Origin: Epiperipatus broadwayi
Lineage: Eukaryota > Animalia > Onychophora
Assembly (NCBI GenBank): GCA_028023455.1
Contig: JAQFVV010000005.1
Coordinates: forward strand, 19,592,001-19,656,000
Length of the DNA stretch: 64,000 nt
Direction: 5' to 3'
The stretch's first letter is position 1; every line of letters starts with the position of its first letter. Positions 25,793 through 40,339 of the stretch are shown in pieces. The notes beneath the pieces are model-generated. The model saw only the letters and a program-made list of their open reading frames with translations. It did not search any database and was not told where the DNA came from. Made by a program: the position numbers and the translations under genes.

Positions 25793-26689
25793 GGAGATTT
25801 GAATGTTGAAATCCAGTAGACTTCAATGTGCTGCACCATGTTTTTTCATCCAATGTTATAACTATTTCAAAATAAGTTGTATATAGGACTTTATTCTAAT
25901 AAATTTACTACAGGGAAGGGAGACAAAAACTCACAATATAATTCATAAAGGTAGTGAAAATGTTTTATTTAAAGATACTTCATAATATTTTGAAAATACA
26001 ATAGAAAAATTATGTTCAATTCACTATATGAGTTGATAACTAAATTCATAAGTGTTGGAATTGCATGTGAAGCAGATGAAAAGAAAAATAATTAAGAAAG
26101 ATGCTGAAATCTTTCAAGGAGAAGAGTTTGTTAAGGATAGATTTAAAGACAGTATTATAAAATATTAAATATAGACTATAGGCCAGTTTATTATGCAAGT
26201 GGAATTATTTGTGAACAGCATTTATTGATTTGTATAGCCATCACAAAACTCATCATTAACTCTTTGTCTTTCTTGATTCTTTTTCTGAAATAAGGATAAT
26301 CAGACAAAATTATAATTTTTTTTAATGAGGATAGTGATATTTTTATATATCATTGATAATAAATAAAATTGGGAAGTTGAAAGTAAAATACATAATCTGT
26401 TTAGAGGTTTAGTGACTCTATAAGAGATTATTTTGGTAGATGTCCCACTGGATTTAAGTAATTACAAAAAACGTGATGCAAAACATAGTGCAACTCTTAG
26501 CAAAGATTTTTTCCCTTCTGATTATGTAATGTACTAAAACACTCTTATGGAATCATCACAGGAGTTTAGAAAGATATACCAATGATCTTTTGACAAGTTC
26601 ATATTTATATACTATCCAATCAGCATAGATTTTTATTGATTGAGATTTATTGGAACAATTGATTTAGATTTTTTGCATGTTATGGGTAA

Positions 26690-26905
26690 CAAGAGATTGA
26701 AAACAATATATGGGTAGAACAAACAAGTGTTACTGAGATCATTGAAAGAATTAAAAGACTGAAGTGGAGATGGGTTGGCCATATTGCTAGAAGAGATTAT
26801 AATAAATGGACAAAATCTTAGAACTGAATTCCAAGAGATTGAAAAGATGGATTGAACTTGGAGAGACCATCCTACAATGGATTGATAATCGTTGATTATG
26901 CTGAT
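26690..26905 (+). mobile_element. RTE LINE extreme 3' fragment
   Basis: IIERIKRLKWRWVGHIARRDYNKWTK, and the 3' end GATGGATTGAACTTGG matches the RTE at 45700. Confidence 0.75.
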
Positions 26906-28325
26906 TCTTATTAAAACAGATACAATTTATCAGTCAGTAATAACAATAAATAACTTATAGACATATTAAAAGCAAACTTGTCAGTACTATGCCGTTGACT
27001 TATAATATGGATACATTTGATTCAATTTTATGAATTTTTTTTTGACTTTGAATTTCCTAAGAAGAGAATTATGTGGACTGACTCTTCTTTACACAGCTAC
27101 ATAATGTTATGAAGCTATGTTTATGAATATCTGTATAGAAATAAATTATACATTATATGTAACATAAATTACAGATAAAAAAAAATAATGAAGGCACAAA
27201 TCTTCCTGCATCCACATTGATTACAAAGGCTTGTACTTGGTGCACTACTATATGGAGAGTTTGATACTCTTTTAAATTACTGGATTCAATAGATACAATT
27301 ATATCTATTGAATCAAATCCTTTTCCAATAATTTCTAATTCTTTATATTTAATTCAATTTCAGCAAAATTATAACTTTTATTACTAGTATTTTCATTCTT
27401 TATGACTAATCTATTTTTTTTTTTTTTTAAAGTTTTTCAACTAACCATTTTAAATTATGCTCACATTTTCTATAAGGAAATCTTGATATATTTATAAAAA
27501 AATTCAAAATTGATTAATTTAAATCTTGTCTCTCATCTAAATTATTCCTATTTCTTTTATATTCATAATAAAAGTATACAACCTACTAAAATTTTCAAAA
27601 AACTATTTAAAATAAACTTTTGCAAATTCAAAACTATATTGAGTACTTTTTTTATTATTAAAATTAAGCATACAATTCCTAGGAAAAACATTAAATTCCC
27701 TACATTTTTTTAAAAAAAAAATACATTTGTCATTTTACAGATTCTATCCTATTAAGTCAAATAATTTTACTTTTGGGAAATATATGTATTCAAGCACGAG
27801 TGTGTGTGCGGCGCAACTGTTCCCAAAAGCTATTAATACAAAATAGCTAACTAAAAATAATAAACTAGCTGAGCGCTTTCAAAGGATCTTGCCTTCATAA
27901 TCATAGCTTGCTAATACATTTAATGATATGTAAATATGCTAATTCCATTTTTTTTTTGATAAAGCAAAGCACGTGACCTTCCTGTTTATGGCATCGTTGT
28001 CTCATGAGATGAATAAAGCCTCTGATTTTTTCTTTTGAGGTCATGTCTCTCTCTACACACGATTGTGGGATTGTCCGGAATGCGCTTGTGGTGACTTGTG
28101 CTCTGGTGCTGATAGAAAACTGAATACGTAGAAGGATCGTTGAGAGCTCTATTGTATGAATATTTATGTTGAGCTAATCATGTGGCCAAAGACGCTCTGC
28201 TTTCCCCATAATATGTGCCTTTACAATTGTTGTTGGAACATGCAATATTATATACTGTATGGGGGGTCTGTCCTAGTAATTTAGTTAACATTTTAATCTA
28301 GAAAAATTACTATATACTAAAATAA

Positions 28326-28826
28326 TGTCAAAACATATCTCAATTTATTTTTAAATAATAGACCAGTCCAGATTCCATTTTATCTTTATTGGATTGAGCA
28401 TTCATTGCCACAGACCAATAGACACATGAATAGATAACATATCCAATAGTAGTACCAGATCAATGGTGTGATGAAAATCAGTGAATCTGATTCTTTTCAT
28501 TATGGAAAAGGATCAGGCTATAAATAGACAGTCCTGCTTGAGGTAAAGAGATAACAGCAATTACTGTCAAATCTGAATGGCCGATATGCATTGCCCGCTA
28601 TATGGTTAAAGTAGTCAGGCAAATTGACTTTAGAACGGAAAGCTGTTAGAACCTAGATCAACAAGAGGCAAGATGTCACAGAACAGCCGGAAATGTCAAC
28701 CGTACTTACTCAGAGGCAAACTGTCACAATACAGCTGAAAATGTTTGATAAATCTAGAATGGTATTTAAAATCCCTCACATAAGTAGTTGCAGGGTAACT
28801 AAACATTGTACCAAGCCAATATTATC
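28326..28826 (+). repeat. 5' LTR of the gypsy element
   Basis: Aligns with 30676-31200; contains TATA-like GGCTATAAATAG. Ends are approximate. Confidence 0.7.
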
Positions 28827-30675
28827 AGGTAATGGCATAACAGCTATATATAATGTAAACACACATTATATAAGTTTGTTTATCATAATTCATACATTGA
28901 ACACAAAGTTTGTGCAGTCACAACAGGTTTTATCTTTGTTATTATAAAAAATTGACAGCTAACATTATTTATAGTCACAACAGGTTTTATCTTTATTATT
29001 AAAAAAAATTGACAACTAACATTACTTAACGCATAAATAAAAAATTAAAGTCAAATGTGAGTGGTTACTTGTAACTATAAACAATAGTTGGGGGGAATTT
29101 TTTTTTCCTCATGGTAGAAAAAAAAAATATCCAAATGGTTACAATTGGCTCACTAGGAGTGTTCGATCTGACCTATCCTGAAAATTGGCCATTTTACATG
29201 GATCGAGTGCTTTTCTATATACAAGCTAATCAAATCATGATTAAAAGTCTGACTTAAAATTAGCCACACTAGTGTTTATATTTGGGGATCAGACCTACAA
29301 CCTATTACAAGCACAAGCAGCCCCTGTACTGATGGCTGAGCCTGATTTTGATAAATCATTACTTCTATCAAACTTTTTTTAAAATCTAAAACCCTTAATA
29401 ATAATGCAAATATCACTTCAATTTCTGCACATAAGGAAAGAGAGAAAGTGAGAGATTTTGCAGTTAAACTCAGAAAACTTGCATTTAACTGCAACTTTAA
29501 AGACTTTCTCAAGGAAGCCTTGAGATCATTTCATTTATGGAATTGAAGACCATAACCTTAGGGTCAAGTTGTTAATGGCCCTTGATATCATATTTCTCAG
29601 GCAACTCTAATTGAGTCTACAGATAGTAAGACTGCTCCTTTAAAAAAAAGGTAATTCCACCATTAAGCTGTGGAATAGAAAGATTGTTTAAAGACTTTCC
29701 CAATCAGAACTAGCTTATGGGATCTACTCCATATTGTTAAACTTTGTTATAAATGTGACAAAGCAAAACCATCACTCAATAAATGTCTACAATGGTATAT
29801 AGTGTATAGATATTACAAACATGTTGGTCACATAGAAACTGCTTGTTTAAAAACAAAAAAAACAAGACGCTCAGAAGAAAATGAGGAATCTGTTCCAAAA
29901 AGCCAGAAAAGCAATTTAAAAACAAATAAAATCAACAATACCTGTATAAATAATGTGAGAAACATTGATTCGACTTTCAAATGCAAAATTATTATTAATG
30001 ATATACCAGTAATAATGGAACAGAATAACGGGTTTGGAAAAACAAATTGCTACAACTTAGCAGCAAACAATCACTGACTATCAAGGCAAAATATCATTCT
30101 TGGGTCAAACAAAATACTACATCTAGTAAAAAATTAATTTGCCTCTTGTTGTGTCTGTGGGTAAGCATGCTAATTTATTAGGACTTGACTGGTTCAGGTA
30201 CTTGGGCTTTATAGTGACTAAAGTGAACCAGCTCACAAAAATAAAATCAAAAAGGGTCTACCCAAAAGCAGTTGATAATAAACTAGATTTGAACCCTAAG
30301 TCAATCTATGAAATAAAATTGCTAAAATGCGAATAAATACTTGAGTTCTATGCTGTGTGTTTTTAAAAAAAATCACCAAATGAGTTCCAACAGTTATAAT
30401 CAAATTAAAAGAATTGCAATCAGTGGTTATTCAAACAGTTGATAGACAACAACATCACAAGCATAAAAACCAGTGTTGTCAGCCAACACAGTAAAGAGTC
30501 ACCAACTGGCAGTTTTGAGTCTAAGTTTAATGTCAACAGATCAATGGATGAAGACATGGTCTAAACCAGATGATGAAGTCACCACGCCTGATGTAGCCAG
30601 AAAGAAATGAAGACATCCACTGAAACATCTGAATGACATTCTCCAGAACTAATTTTAGCTGGAGGCAGGGGGGGG

Positions 30676-31200
30676 TATATCTCAACTTACCTTTAACTAA
30701 TGGACTAGTCCAGATTCCATCTTAATCGGATTGAGCATTTATTGCCATAGACTAATAGATATATGAATTGATAACATATCCAATAATATTAACGAGCCAA
30801 TGGTTGATGATGCTCAAAGAAACTGATTGTTTTCATTATGGAAAGGGATCTGGCTATAAATAGTCAGTCCAGTTGGAAGTAAGACAACAATTATTATCAA
30901 AGCAGCAGTATGCATGTTGTCCACTATATGGTTAGAGCAGTGAAACAAGTTCACATTAGAGCTGGAAGCTATTAGAACCTAGGTCAAACATGAGGAAAAC
31001 TGTGATGGTACAACTGCAAGTGTCATCATACTTATACATGAGGCAAACTATCATAGAAAATCCCAAGTGTCAACTGTATCTACTCAGGAGGCAAGTTATC
31101 ACGATATAACTGGAAGTAGTAAATAAATCTAGAAGGGTATCTTAAGTCCCTCATATTTTTAATTGCATGACAATTAAACACTACATTTCCAATAATAATT
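30676..31200 (+). repeat. 3' LTR of the gypsy element
   Basis: Follows the polypurine tract and aligns with 28326-28826. Ends are approximate. Confidence 0.7.
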
Positions 31201-31530
31201 AAATATAATAAATTCTATCTAAAACACATATACATATATATAATTTATATTACAAAAAAAAAAATCCTTAACACTATATCTATAGGAAACCATCTTTTAA
31301 TTATAAAGGTTCTTTAACAATAAATTGTAATTCATGACTCAGTTAGACTTTTGCTGTGGGTGTATACACAAGCCCATTTTTATTACTTGAATTCATTGGT
31401 TTATCTTTTCATTGTTATCAATATTATCTGGAAATATTCTACTTATCAGCTTGACAATCTTCTCCAAACCTTTCTGTCCATCTTATATTCACATCTTTTA
31501 TAATTTTCTCAATTCAATTTCTTTTTCCAT

Positions 31531-31638
31531 TTTTTTTTCTTCATATGTCATAGCATCGGCCGGGAGAAGAACCCGCAACCGTCTGCAACCAACTACTTGC
31601 TTGCAAGGCAGCTGCGATGACCTCTCGGCTAACAACGC
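31531..31638 (-). mobile_element. tRNA-derived SINE, copy 2 (full-length)
   Basis: Same family as 25696-25792, with poly(A) tail and 15 bp TSD TTCTTTTTCCATTTT (31519-31533, 31644-31658). Acceptor-stem-like pairing GCGTTG/CGATGC. Confidence 0.9.
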
Positions 31639-31959
31639 TTGACTTCTTTTTCCATTTTATTAAATTCCTAACAATTGCTTTTCATTTGCTATTTTAAATC
31701 AATATTTCTTTTTGTTTCACTTCTAAATCTATACCTCAAAAATCTTCAATGTCTCATTTTCATAAATGCATTTGTTCCTGCTTTATGTAAGCATACTTCA
31801 TAAATGAAAAAAAAAAAACCCATAAACTTCATAATCAACATCAAAAAAATTCCAATCAAATTACAGAATTACTATGGACATTAAATCAATTATTATACTG
31901 TAAAAGAATTTTGAAAATAGAGTTTACAAATGAAAAATTAGGAGAATAAAAAACAGAAG

Positions 31960-32750
31960 GCAACTAATGACAAGAAAATTATTATATAAGATGAAAACAG
32001 GGAAGACAGTTTAAAAAAAAAAAAAGATCAAAAGAAAATATTTGATGATGTACAAGATTCAAATGAATTATCTTTCCAAAAAATTACAAAATAATACCAA
32101 AAACAGATCATACCAAAAATTATTAAGAACATATCAATCAAAAGACTTGTAATGATCTGTTTATGTTCATAATTAAATGATAAACAAAAATTTAAATCCT
32201 TAGCATTAAAGTCCTTGATGAATAGAGGATTTCCTGATTATATGTAATATAATCCAAATAAACCTAGATGGCAAAGAATAAAGAATTTTAACATATGGGT
32301 GCGTACTCTCATTAGAATTTAAAGTGAATATGCAGTTAAATCAATTGGAACCTGGGCTCACAAACATAGCATTTTTTGGATGATTCAATTATTGAATCAA
32401 ATTCATAAGTGACAAAAAATATAAAAACCAAAAAGACTGATGGTAAAATAAAATTATGACCTTCAAAAGAACTTTATATTTCTAATTATTTCTGATATTG
32501 AAACTTGAAAAGAACTAAAGGGTAATGAAAGATTAATAAGATAGGGAAGCAACTGCTTTCACAGGTGATAATCAAATATTTGTTGGAGACTAAATAAGAA
32601 AGATTAAATAAAAATACTAGTCACGCATTAGCTGGTCCTAATATCTCAAACACATATAGTACGCTATTTCAGATCAAATGGCCTTGACAGGATTAAAAAT
32701 CTCTATAATAATTAAATATAATCAAGATGTTTAAAAAGACATTTCAAAAA
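31960..32750 (+). pseudogene. Probable Tc1/mariner transposase remnant
   Basis: Very decayed pieces resemble QQDNA.IHKS (~32395-32415) and WPSKSPDLNPIENLW (~32455-32510). Confidence 0.35.
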
Positions 32751-35033
32751 AAATCATATAAAGTTATTTCATGCAAGTGATTAATTGAAATATATATCTA
32801 CTATACACATACACAAGAAGCTTATGCATTTATCTATTTTGATGAAAAGTTCCATTCCAAACAATATACAAAATTCAAAAAACACAATTAAAAAAATTTC
32901 TAAAATAGTTGATTTTTTTCAGCAAACTGAACTCTTATTATCGATTTATCTTATCATTGAAAAGTTATTTTAATAAATTATTCTTTAGTATGCACAAAAC
33001 CAATACGTTAATGCATATTTACCATCAAGTTTACAAAGTCTGAAAATATATGTGAAAGCTTGCAAGCAGATTGAATATCATTTAAATATTTACATTTTGC
33101 ATAAAAAAACAAATTTAATTTTGTAATAAAAGTTTGTATTTATATATGTGTAAAATACTGCCAGAATTTTTTTTTGCTAATTTACCATTGTATGCAAGTA
33201 GAGTAGTACTTCTCTCTAAGAACAATGATTATATCTGAAAATGGACACAATTTCTGTATATTCAGTTTTAAATGAGGTGGGGCCTGCGATTCTTCACTTA
33301 AAGAAAGTAATAATATGCTTATGATGTTTTTAATTCATAATTCAAATATATGGGGAAATATTACTTAAGCTTGAACAAATTGAATTTTTTTTTACATTGT
33401 TTCAAGTAGTACATGTTTTTATCTCAAATATTGATTAATGTGTCTATGTAAATATATTCTTCCAAAAAATATATCAAATCAAAATTTTAGCAATTGTTTC
33501 TATTTAATGTTTTTATTTAGTGTTACTTCATTATTAAGTATATTTATATGACACAAATTATTATATAAAAAAAAAATTTAAAAATGATTTGCAAAATATA
33601 ATTTTATAAAACTAAATAATTATTTTATAAATGAACAATCATCTGTATGTTACATTAAAAAATTAGTAACTAAACATTTCATTCTTGCTATTTATTTTTT
33701 CACAATTTACATTATTAAAAATCTTAACATTAGCTTATAGTTATTGCTGATATTATATTGCAATAATAGCAAAACAATCCATTATAACGAATATTAGACT
33801 AATAGGTAGATACACTAATTAATTATAAATTGATAAGCAATTAATTTCCATCTCTAATTTTAAATTTAAAAAATAATAATTTTGCTATCAATTTTCATGA
33901 AGTTCTCAGTCTAAAAGGCAGTTTAAGACATTAAGACAGCTGATACTATAATCATGATATTATATGTTTAACTGATAGTTTCCAATTGCTTATTGCCCCC
34001 CTAACAATTTATTTTAGTATCTTTCTCATATTTAGAGCTATTTCAATACGTAGCATATAGTTTCAGATAAAATAGATTTTTTTTTTTTTTGCCATAATGC
34101 ATTTCAAATTAAAATAATTTTATTAAAAATACTTTTTTACATATATAAAACTAAATCAAAAAATACAAACATTCTATAGTTTTAGTGTTGTTAAAAAAAA
34201 AAAAAAAACCAGTTGTTAGCAGCAACAACAAAATACAATTATCTGATAATTCATTGACTATTGAAAATAATTATAACAACTGCATTTTAGTGCAGTAGTT
34301 CAGTGATAAACTCTAGTTATAAATCCCTGAATAAATGCTCAATCTTCTGATACTCAAATATTAAATAAACTCCCAAGTAATTATTATTTTTAAATAAGAC
34401 ATTTTCATTTGATGCAATGATAGTATGTCTGACTCTAAAGTTAAAGATCCATGGATCTTGGCTCAGTTTATTACTTCCATTCCCTGAAATTTTTTTAAAT
34501 TTCTGAGCAACAAAACTATCTAATTATTTATTTTTATGTTTTGATATTTCTTGGATATTCTATTAAAAAATTGCTTTTTGAGGTTAAATTATGTATAATG
34601 TACTAATTTAAAAACAAATAATTTTATATAACAATTTTAGCAATGCCATATAAAATATATATGTATAGTTAAAAAAAAAAAACCTACAATCAAATCTAAC
34701 AACAATGAATGTCTGCTTTATAAAAATAAAATCTGGTTTTAAAAGCAATAATACATTTTTAAATAATTCTTGGAATTTTTTTTTACTATAATTATTTTTC
34801 ACTATTATTAAAATAAATGAATATTGTTTGGTATGTTTACTGTTATTTTTAAATATATATATTTCTGCATTCCTTGCTGCTCAATTATAGAGAGCGTCTT
34901 TCCCTTATTTCTTATAAGAGTGAATAATGTAATCACAATTTGATAAAAAAAATGAACCATGTTAGAATTTATAAATAATCTTTATTAGTCATTCAATAGA
35001 CTAGAGATTATTCAATAATGATTATTTCTGTAG

Positions 35034-35348
35034 TGTAAATTTCATTACACTACTCTCACACAAGGTAGGAAACATATGACATTTGAAAAAGATCTGACCC
35101 CCAATATGCACATCATCAGTTGGCCTAGACCACATCTCTTACACATATCTTTATCATTGATATGTGTAAGAGATTGTAATCTGGGCCAACTGATGAATGC
35201 TGGTTCAGCATGAGATGTACATCTTGGCGATTGTAGATCTTTTTCATGTCTTTGGTCATATGTTTATGATTACAACCCTCCATAAGGTGTTAAAAGTAGA
35301 TAGAAACCAGTCTTTACCTTGCGTGAGGATGATGTAGTGAAATTTACA
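35034..35348. mobile_element. Imperfect palindrome carrying a hammerhead ribozyme
   Basis: Arms 35034-35149 and 35159-35348 (TGTAAATTTCATTACA / TGTAGTGAAATTTACA at the outer ends) with a 9 nt loop. The left arm has deletions. Confidence 0.8.
35185..35228 (+). ncRNA. Minimal type I hammerhead ribozyme motif with one core substitution
   Basis: Stem I GCCAA/TTGGC, CTGATGA (35190-35196), stem II ATGCTG-gtt-CAGCAT, GAGA in place of GAAA, palindromic TGTACA, cleavage triplet ATC ending at 35223. Confidence 0.8.
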
Positions 35349-36514
35349 TTAAATATTATTCATTATGTTAAAATTTCCATTAACTTTTTTAACCTAAAAT
35401 TAAAATTTTTTTGTTAAAACTGAATACTATATATCAAAAAAATTCATCTTCATTATATTAGATTCAGTTTTTATTTTAGCTTACAAAAACCATATAGAAA
35501 AAAAATATTTAAATATTTTTTATATAATAATATATCAAAAAAGCATAGTAACAAAGCGAAGTACTTTATTTTCAGATGGTACCCAATGTATATAAATCAA
35601 CTTTCATCAGAGTAATATATTGAACAATTTTCCCAATAGAAACATTTCATTTCTGAAATTGTAAATAGTTCAAAGAAATGTAAATTTTAACATGATTCAT
35701 CTTTTTACCAAATTATGGCATAAATCTATAAATATAAATGCAGCAACTGAGTTGCTTTTTTAACAGAAGTAGGTTATGGTTAATAAAGCAAGAAAGGCTG
35801 AAAACTTCTATCATTTGGACAAAATTACAAGGGAGCCCCCTTTGGATTTTCAAAATCACCAAGCTTTATTATTTGAGCAAGAGCTAAAATAAATAAATAA
35901 ATATTTTTAAGAAATGCTTTTTATTCACATAAAAGACCTAACAACTAGAAAAAAATATTTTTTTTTCCAGCTGTCATAAATAAAAGAATCATGTAAATAA
36001 ACTTGTAAATAATGCCCACTTCTTGTATCACTGCCAATCTGCGACCATTTAATATGGTCAAATAAAAAAATGGTTCATAGAATAAAAAAACCAAGATCTG
36101 GAAAGAAAAAAAGTGTATTAAAGAATTTATTTTTATAATTTGAAATGATTACTAAATAATTTTATTGAATGGTATATGTTTTTTATTTGACAAATTGATA
36201 CAAGAAAGATACCATTATTAAGAAGTTTATTTACATAATTCTGCACACCAAACTTTTATTTGTGACAGCTGAAGAACATTTATATCTTGGTTTTTAGTAC
36301 ATTTATATAAATAAAAAGCTTTTGCTTTATAATTTTTTTTTCTACTTTTTAGTTTTATGCAACACTGACTTACTGAAAATAGTTTTTAACAAATCATTCA
36401 ATTTTCAATTATAAGGATTGTTCATGGTTTACCTTCAAAGTTATACACAAAATTAAGGATTTAAATTTTTCACTGACTTTTGGCTAAAATATGCAAACTT
36501 GGTATTTCTGTATT

Positions 36515-37854
36515 TGTCTACCAAGATGCCAGGTTGTATTTTTGATATATATACAGTTTGAGGGGCTATAAGAAATCTTTACAAAAATGACTGCTAGAAA
36601 ATGTATTTAATACTTACATTTTAATTTTCATTACTGTTATTTTAAAAGAATAAATCATTCTAGAAAAATTAATTACAATATTTACATTTAATTTATTATT
36701 TTATATTAACTTATTAACAACAAAAAAAAATGAAAAAAAAGATATAAGGGTGGGGAATATTCAATCTCTAATGGCCTCCAAAATCACCACAAATGACACT
36801 TGTTGTTGGTGCACTCAATGCCACATAAATTCTGCTCAATAGGAATCCAGGTGTTCTTATGCAGTTTCCTGGTGTTTTTTGTTTTGCCATTTGACCAGTC
36901 CTAAAGTCTTTCAATATTTTTGTATGCATGCTGGTAGCTGGATCAAAAAAGTAAATAGTGGTGATACACTTGGAAATGTTCAACTCTTATCCAACAATCC
37001 AAATAAATTGTAGATGCATCTGTGATATTTTGTTTTATTGCATCGATAAGATTAGCCACAATTCTACCTGGAACAGTAACAATGAAGCACATATTGGTTT
37101 CTCTGCACAAGCTACTGAATAATCACTGTTGTGGAAGATTCTCTGCTGTTGATTTTTATGCTTCGTAAAAATAATTTTGTCGATTCAGCAATTCTATTAG
37201 GCCCTCCAATTTTGCACAATGGTCGAGATAAAAGGCGATGTGCACACTTCCTTCAAGTAGTTGTTCTAATTTGTAATGGGATTATTGGACAAATCCATCT
37301 GATCTTTTCCCCATTCAGTGGACATTAAATCTCTACTCCAGCTGTAAATAAATCTCAGTACAGTCAGAAATAAGAATTTTGTAGACCTTGAAAAACATTC
37401 ATTATGAATATTCTGTTTAAACAAGATTTCATGTTGCATGACCATTGTGAGGTTGCTTGCATGTAAGGTATCATATTGTGATCATTAACGCACATTTTTC
37501 AAAAAGACAGGATCCCATACCTTTGGAAATACTTCAGTGCATCACGTTATGTGACAGGAAGATCTCAAATTTTGATCATTATAAAAATTTTGTAAAAATA
37601 CTATTGACAAAAAGACACACACTAAATTAAAACAAAGTTCAACAATGTTCAGAGCGTCTCGTCACTTCGATGTTGTAAGTAAAAAAATTTTAATAAAGCT
37701 TTCTAATGAAATTTATTACTTCTTTTAAATTTAAATTATTAATTTTTTTAAAATTAAACAAGACACATATTCAATAATAGAAAATGGGAAAATAAGTTAT
37801 ACCCCGCAAAACTGCATATTTATCAAAAAATATGAGCTGCCATCTTGGTAGACA
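36515..37854 (-). mobile_element. Merlin DNA transposon (second family), degenerate
   Basis: ~52 bp imperfect TIRs (TGTCTACCAAGATG..., 36515-36566 and 37801-37854). Transposase remnant at ~36750-37600 with CKIGGPNRI.E and FDPATSMHTKI-like Merlin motifs. Confidence 0.75.
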
Positions 37855-40339
37855 GGAAAATACATAAGTACTGCGAACTTAAAAAATGTATTAAAATCAG
37901 GAATAAATATGTATGCAAAGTTTCAACTAGATTGGAAATTGGGAAGTGGATGAAAATTTAGTTACAAAATTAAATCCTACCAAATTAAAAAACAAAATAA
38001 ATGAAATAAAAGCTTATGAAAATAAAAATAATTGAACGGGTTAGTCACTATGGAGGTCAAATATTAGTCACTATGGAAGTTATATTACATTTAAGCATTG
38101 GATGTGATAAGTTGAGCTTCAACACAAGGACTTTTATTCTTGATCCCATCATATCTGCCCAACACTTAGCAAAAGTTACGATAAACTTTAAATATTATTT
38201 TAGTAATATACACATATGGAACAAAAAAATATAGTATAAATAAATATATTGTATATAAAACTCCATATGTAATTTAAAACAAAATCAAACAACTCATGTA
38301 TGCAAATATTTGAAAATTATTAAACCTGAATAAGTACCTTGTTTATATTTTATCTCTGAATCTTTTTTTTTTCTTAAAAAGTTTTTTAACAGTACATATA
38401 GCAAAGTGATAATTTTCTAAACAGCAAAAAAGTGGTGAGATTTATCTCTAAATCACTATGATTACAAGCTTTGTGAAGAAGAACAAAATTATACAATATA
38501 TATTTTATTTAAAAATTTATTATAGTATATATATTAAAATTAATATATAAATTGTATTTAATCTAAATATGCATACAGCTAAAATAAATAAATTAGTCAA
38601 ACAATATTTAACAATTTTTAAATCAACACCTATAATATACCACTTTGACATCATGCTAAAATAATCAATCAACCTTTCCATTACAATAGTAATGTGGCTT
38701 ACAAAATAATCTTCAGCTGATAACTAAATCAATTTGATATTATATGGAATAGGCTTTGTTCATTATATTAGACAACTAGTTGGTTCAGCTACCAAATGAA
38801 AATTAGTACTTTAAGTTGTGAAATAACAGTATTGGATGGGCGGAGCTGATTATTTTAGTGTGATGTCAAAGTTGATCAGTATATAATAGAAGTTATTTGA
38901 TTGGCTGGATTATTAAATGCTAATTGAATAATTGATTTAAATCATATAAATTATTTAAGTTTATACTAGTATGCGGGTTCGTCAAAGACATAAAAAAGTT
39001 TATAATCAAGTATTGCTGAATATTTTAATCCAGCAAAAACAAAGATTACTGAATTAGCAGTACTGCACCTATATAGTAAAAGCTAAAAATCTAATTAGCC
39101 CATTGTAGGGCAAAAGTGCTCTAGCATCTGTCTACAGAGTAACAATGAAGAGGAAAATTATTGAGCCACCTGATTAAATAGTAAGATGTTAAACATTTTA
39201 TTATTTTTTGTTTATCCTCTAATTAAATGAACTAGATAAATATTTATTGATTAATAATTGGACAGTTCAATGAACTGGTTATGGATTAACTATCTGGGAG
39301 AAAAAAGTCAGATAATTTAGAACCTAAGTTTTAACTACACTGAATTCCTTAGATATGGTCGATGCTGGTGGATGAACTATCCAATGATACCTACATTATA
39401 TCACATCCTCTATATACATTGTATTAACAACTATTATGTTGCTGACAAAAATTATTTCATATACTTGTTTAAATCAAGAGATTCATTAAAAGATAAAATT
39501 AACACTAAGAGAAAACTACTTGCATTAGTTAATAACATATCCACAGTTGATAACAACTTGGAAAATGAACTTGTAAAAAAAAAATATAATTATGTTTACT
39601 TCATACAAATAAATACTTCATCAGCACTATAAATAATTAATAAAAGTGATATTAAATCTTTGTATGCCAACTACAATATTTTATAAATTTTTAAACATCT
39701 ATTGATGAAAAAAAATCAACTAATCTTTGCATGCTTTGAATTCTAGATTCTCTTCTAATTATACCTTAATATTTAAATGATTACATCAGCATAACAAAAA
39801 AAAAATTTGCTGATTCTTAAAAATAATAATAATAAAGTGCAATTGCCACTAATATTTTATTTAGTTGTTAGAAAGTCAAAATTACTAAGCAGTTAAGAAA
39901 CAAACAGCATTTCTTGAGCTGCCACAAAGTTTTAAGTAAAAAAAGAAATTTGAAACAACAGGGACCATTAGCTAGTTATAATTTCTAAATCACCATTTGT
40001 CTTGTGTAACAATGATTATTCATATTTTAAGCAAATACGAATACCACCGTTCTAAAGTAAAGCATTAGTTAAGAGAGTAAAAATCAGGCTACTTTCTGGA
40101 ATCATGTAACATGTCATGAAGTGGTAAAGAGAACTGACACAGTAGGTATGTGTGCCACTCAGTGAATTCATTGTCCATAAATCTATTGATAACTTCTAAA
40201 ATGCAAAGAATAGGAGATGGATTGCCAAGACTATATATGGAATCTTGTAAAAGATATTTGAATCTATTTGCCTCAATGTTTCTATTCAGAAAAAATATTT
40301 AAAATACAGGCACTCTTCACATATCTGGAACCTAATTGT

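Larger units (their letters stand above)
28326..31200 (+). mobile_element. Ty3/gypsy LTR retrotransposon, internally deleted and old
   Basis: Diverged ~500 bp direct repeats at ~28326-28826 and ~30676-31200. PPT GGAGGCAGGGGGGGG at 30661-30675. Gag remnant (FAVKLRKLAFNCNFKDFLKEALR), Cys/His knuckles at ~29745-29850 and a protease-like piece. RT/RNase H are absent. Confidence 0.8.

Noticed and set aside
35570-35660. Possible C/D snoRNA on the minus strand (CTGATGA...CTGA)
   Set aside because: The 5' C box is degenerate, spacing is short and no guide target is recognisable.
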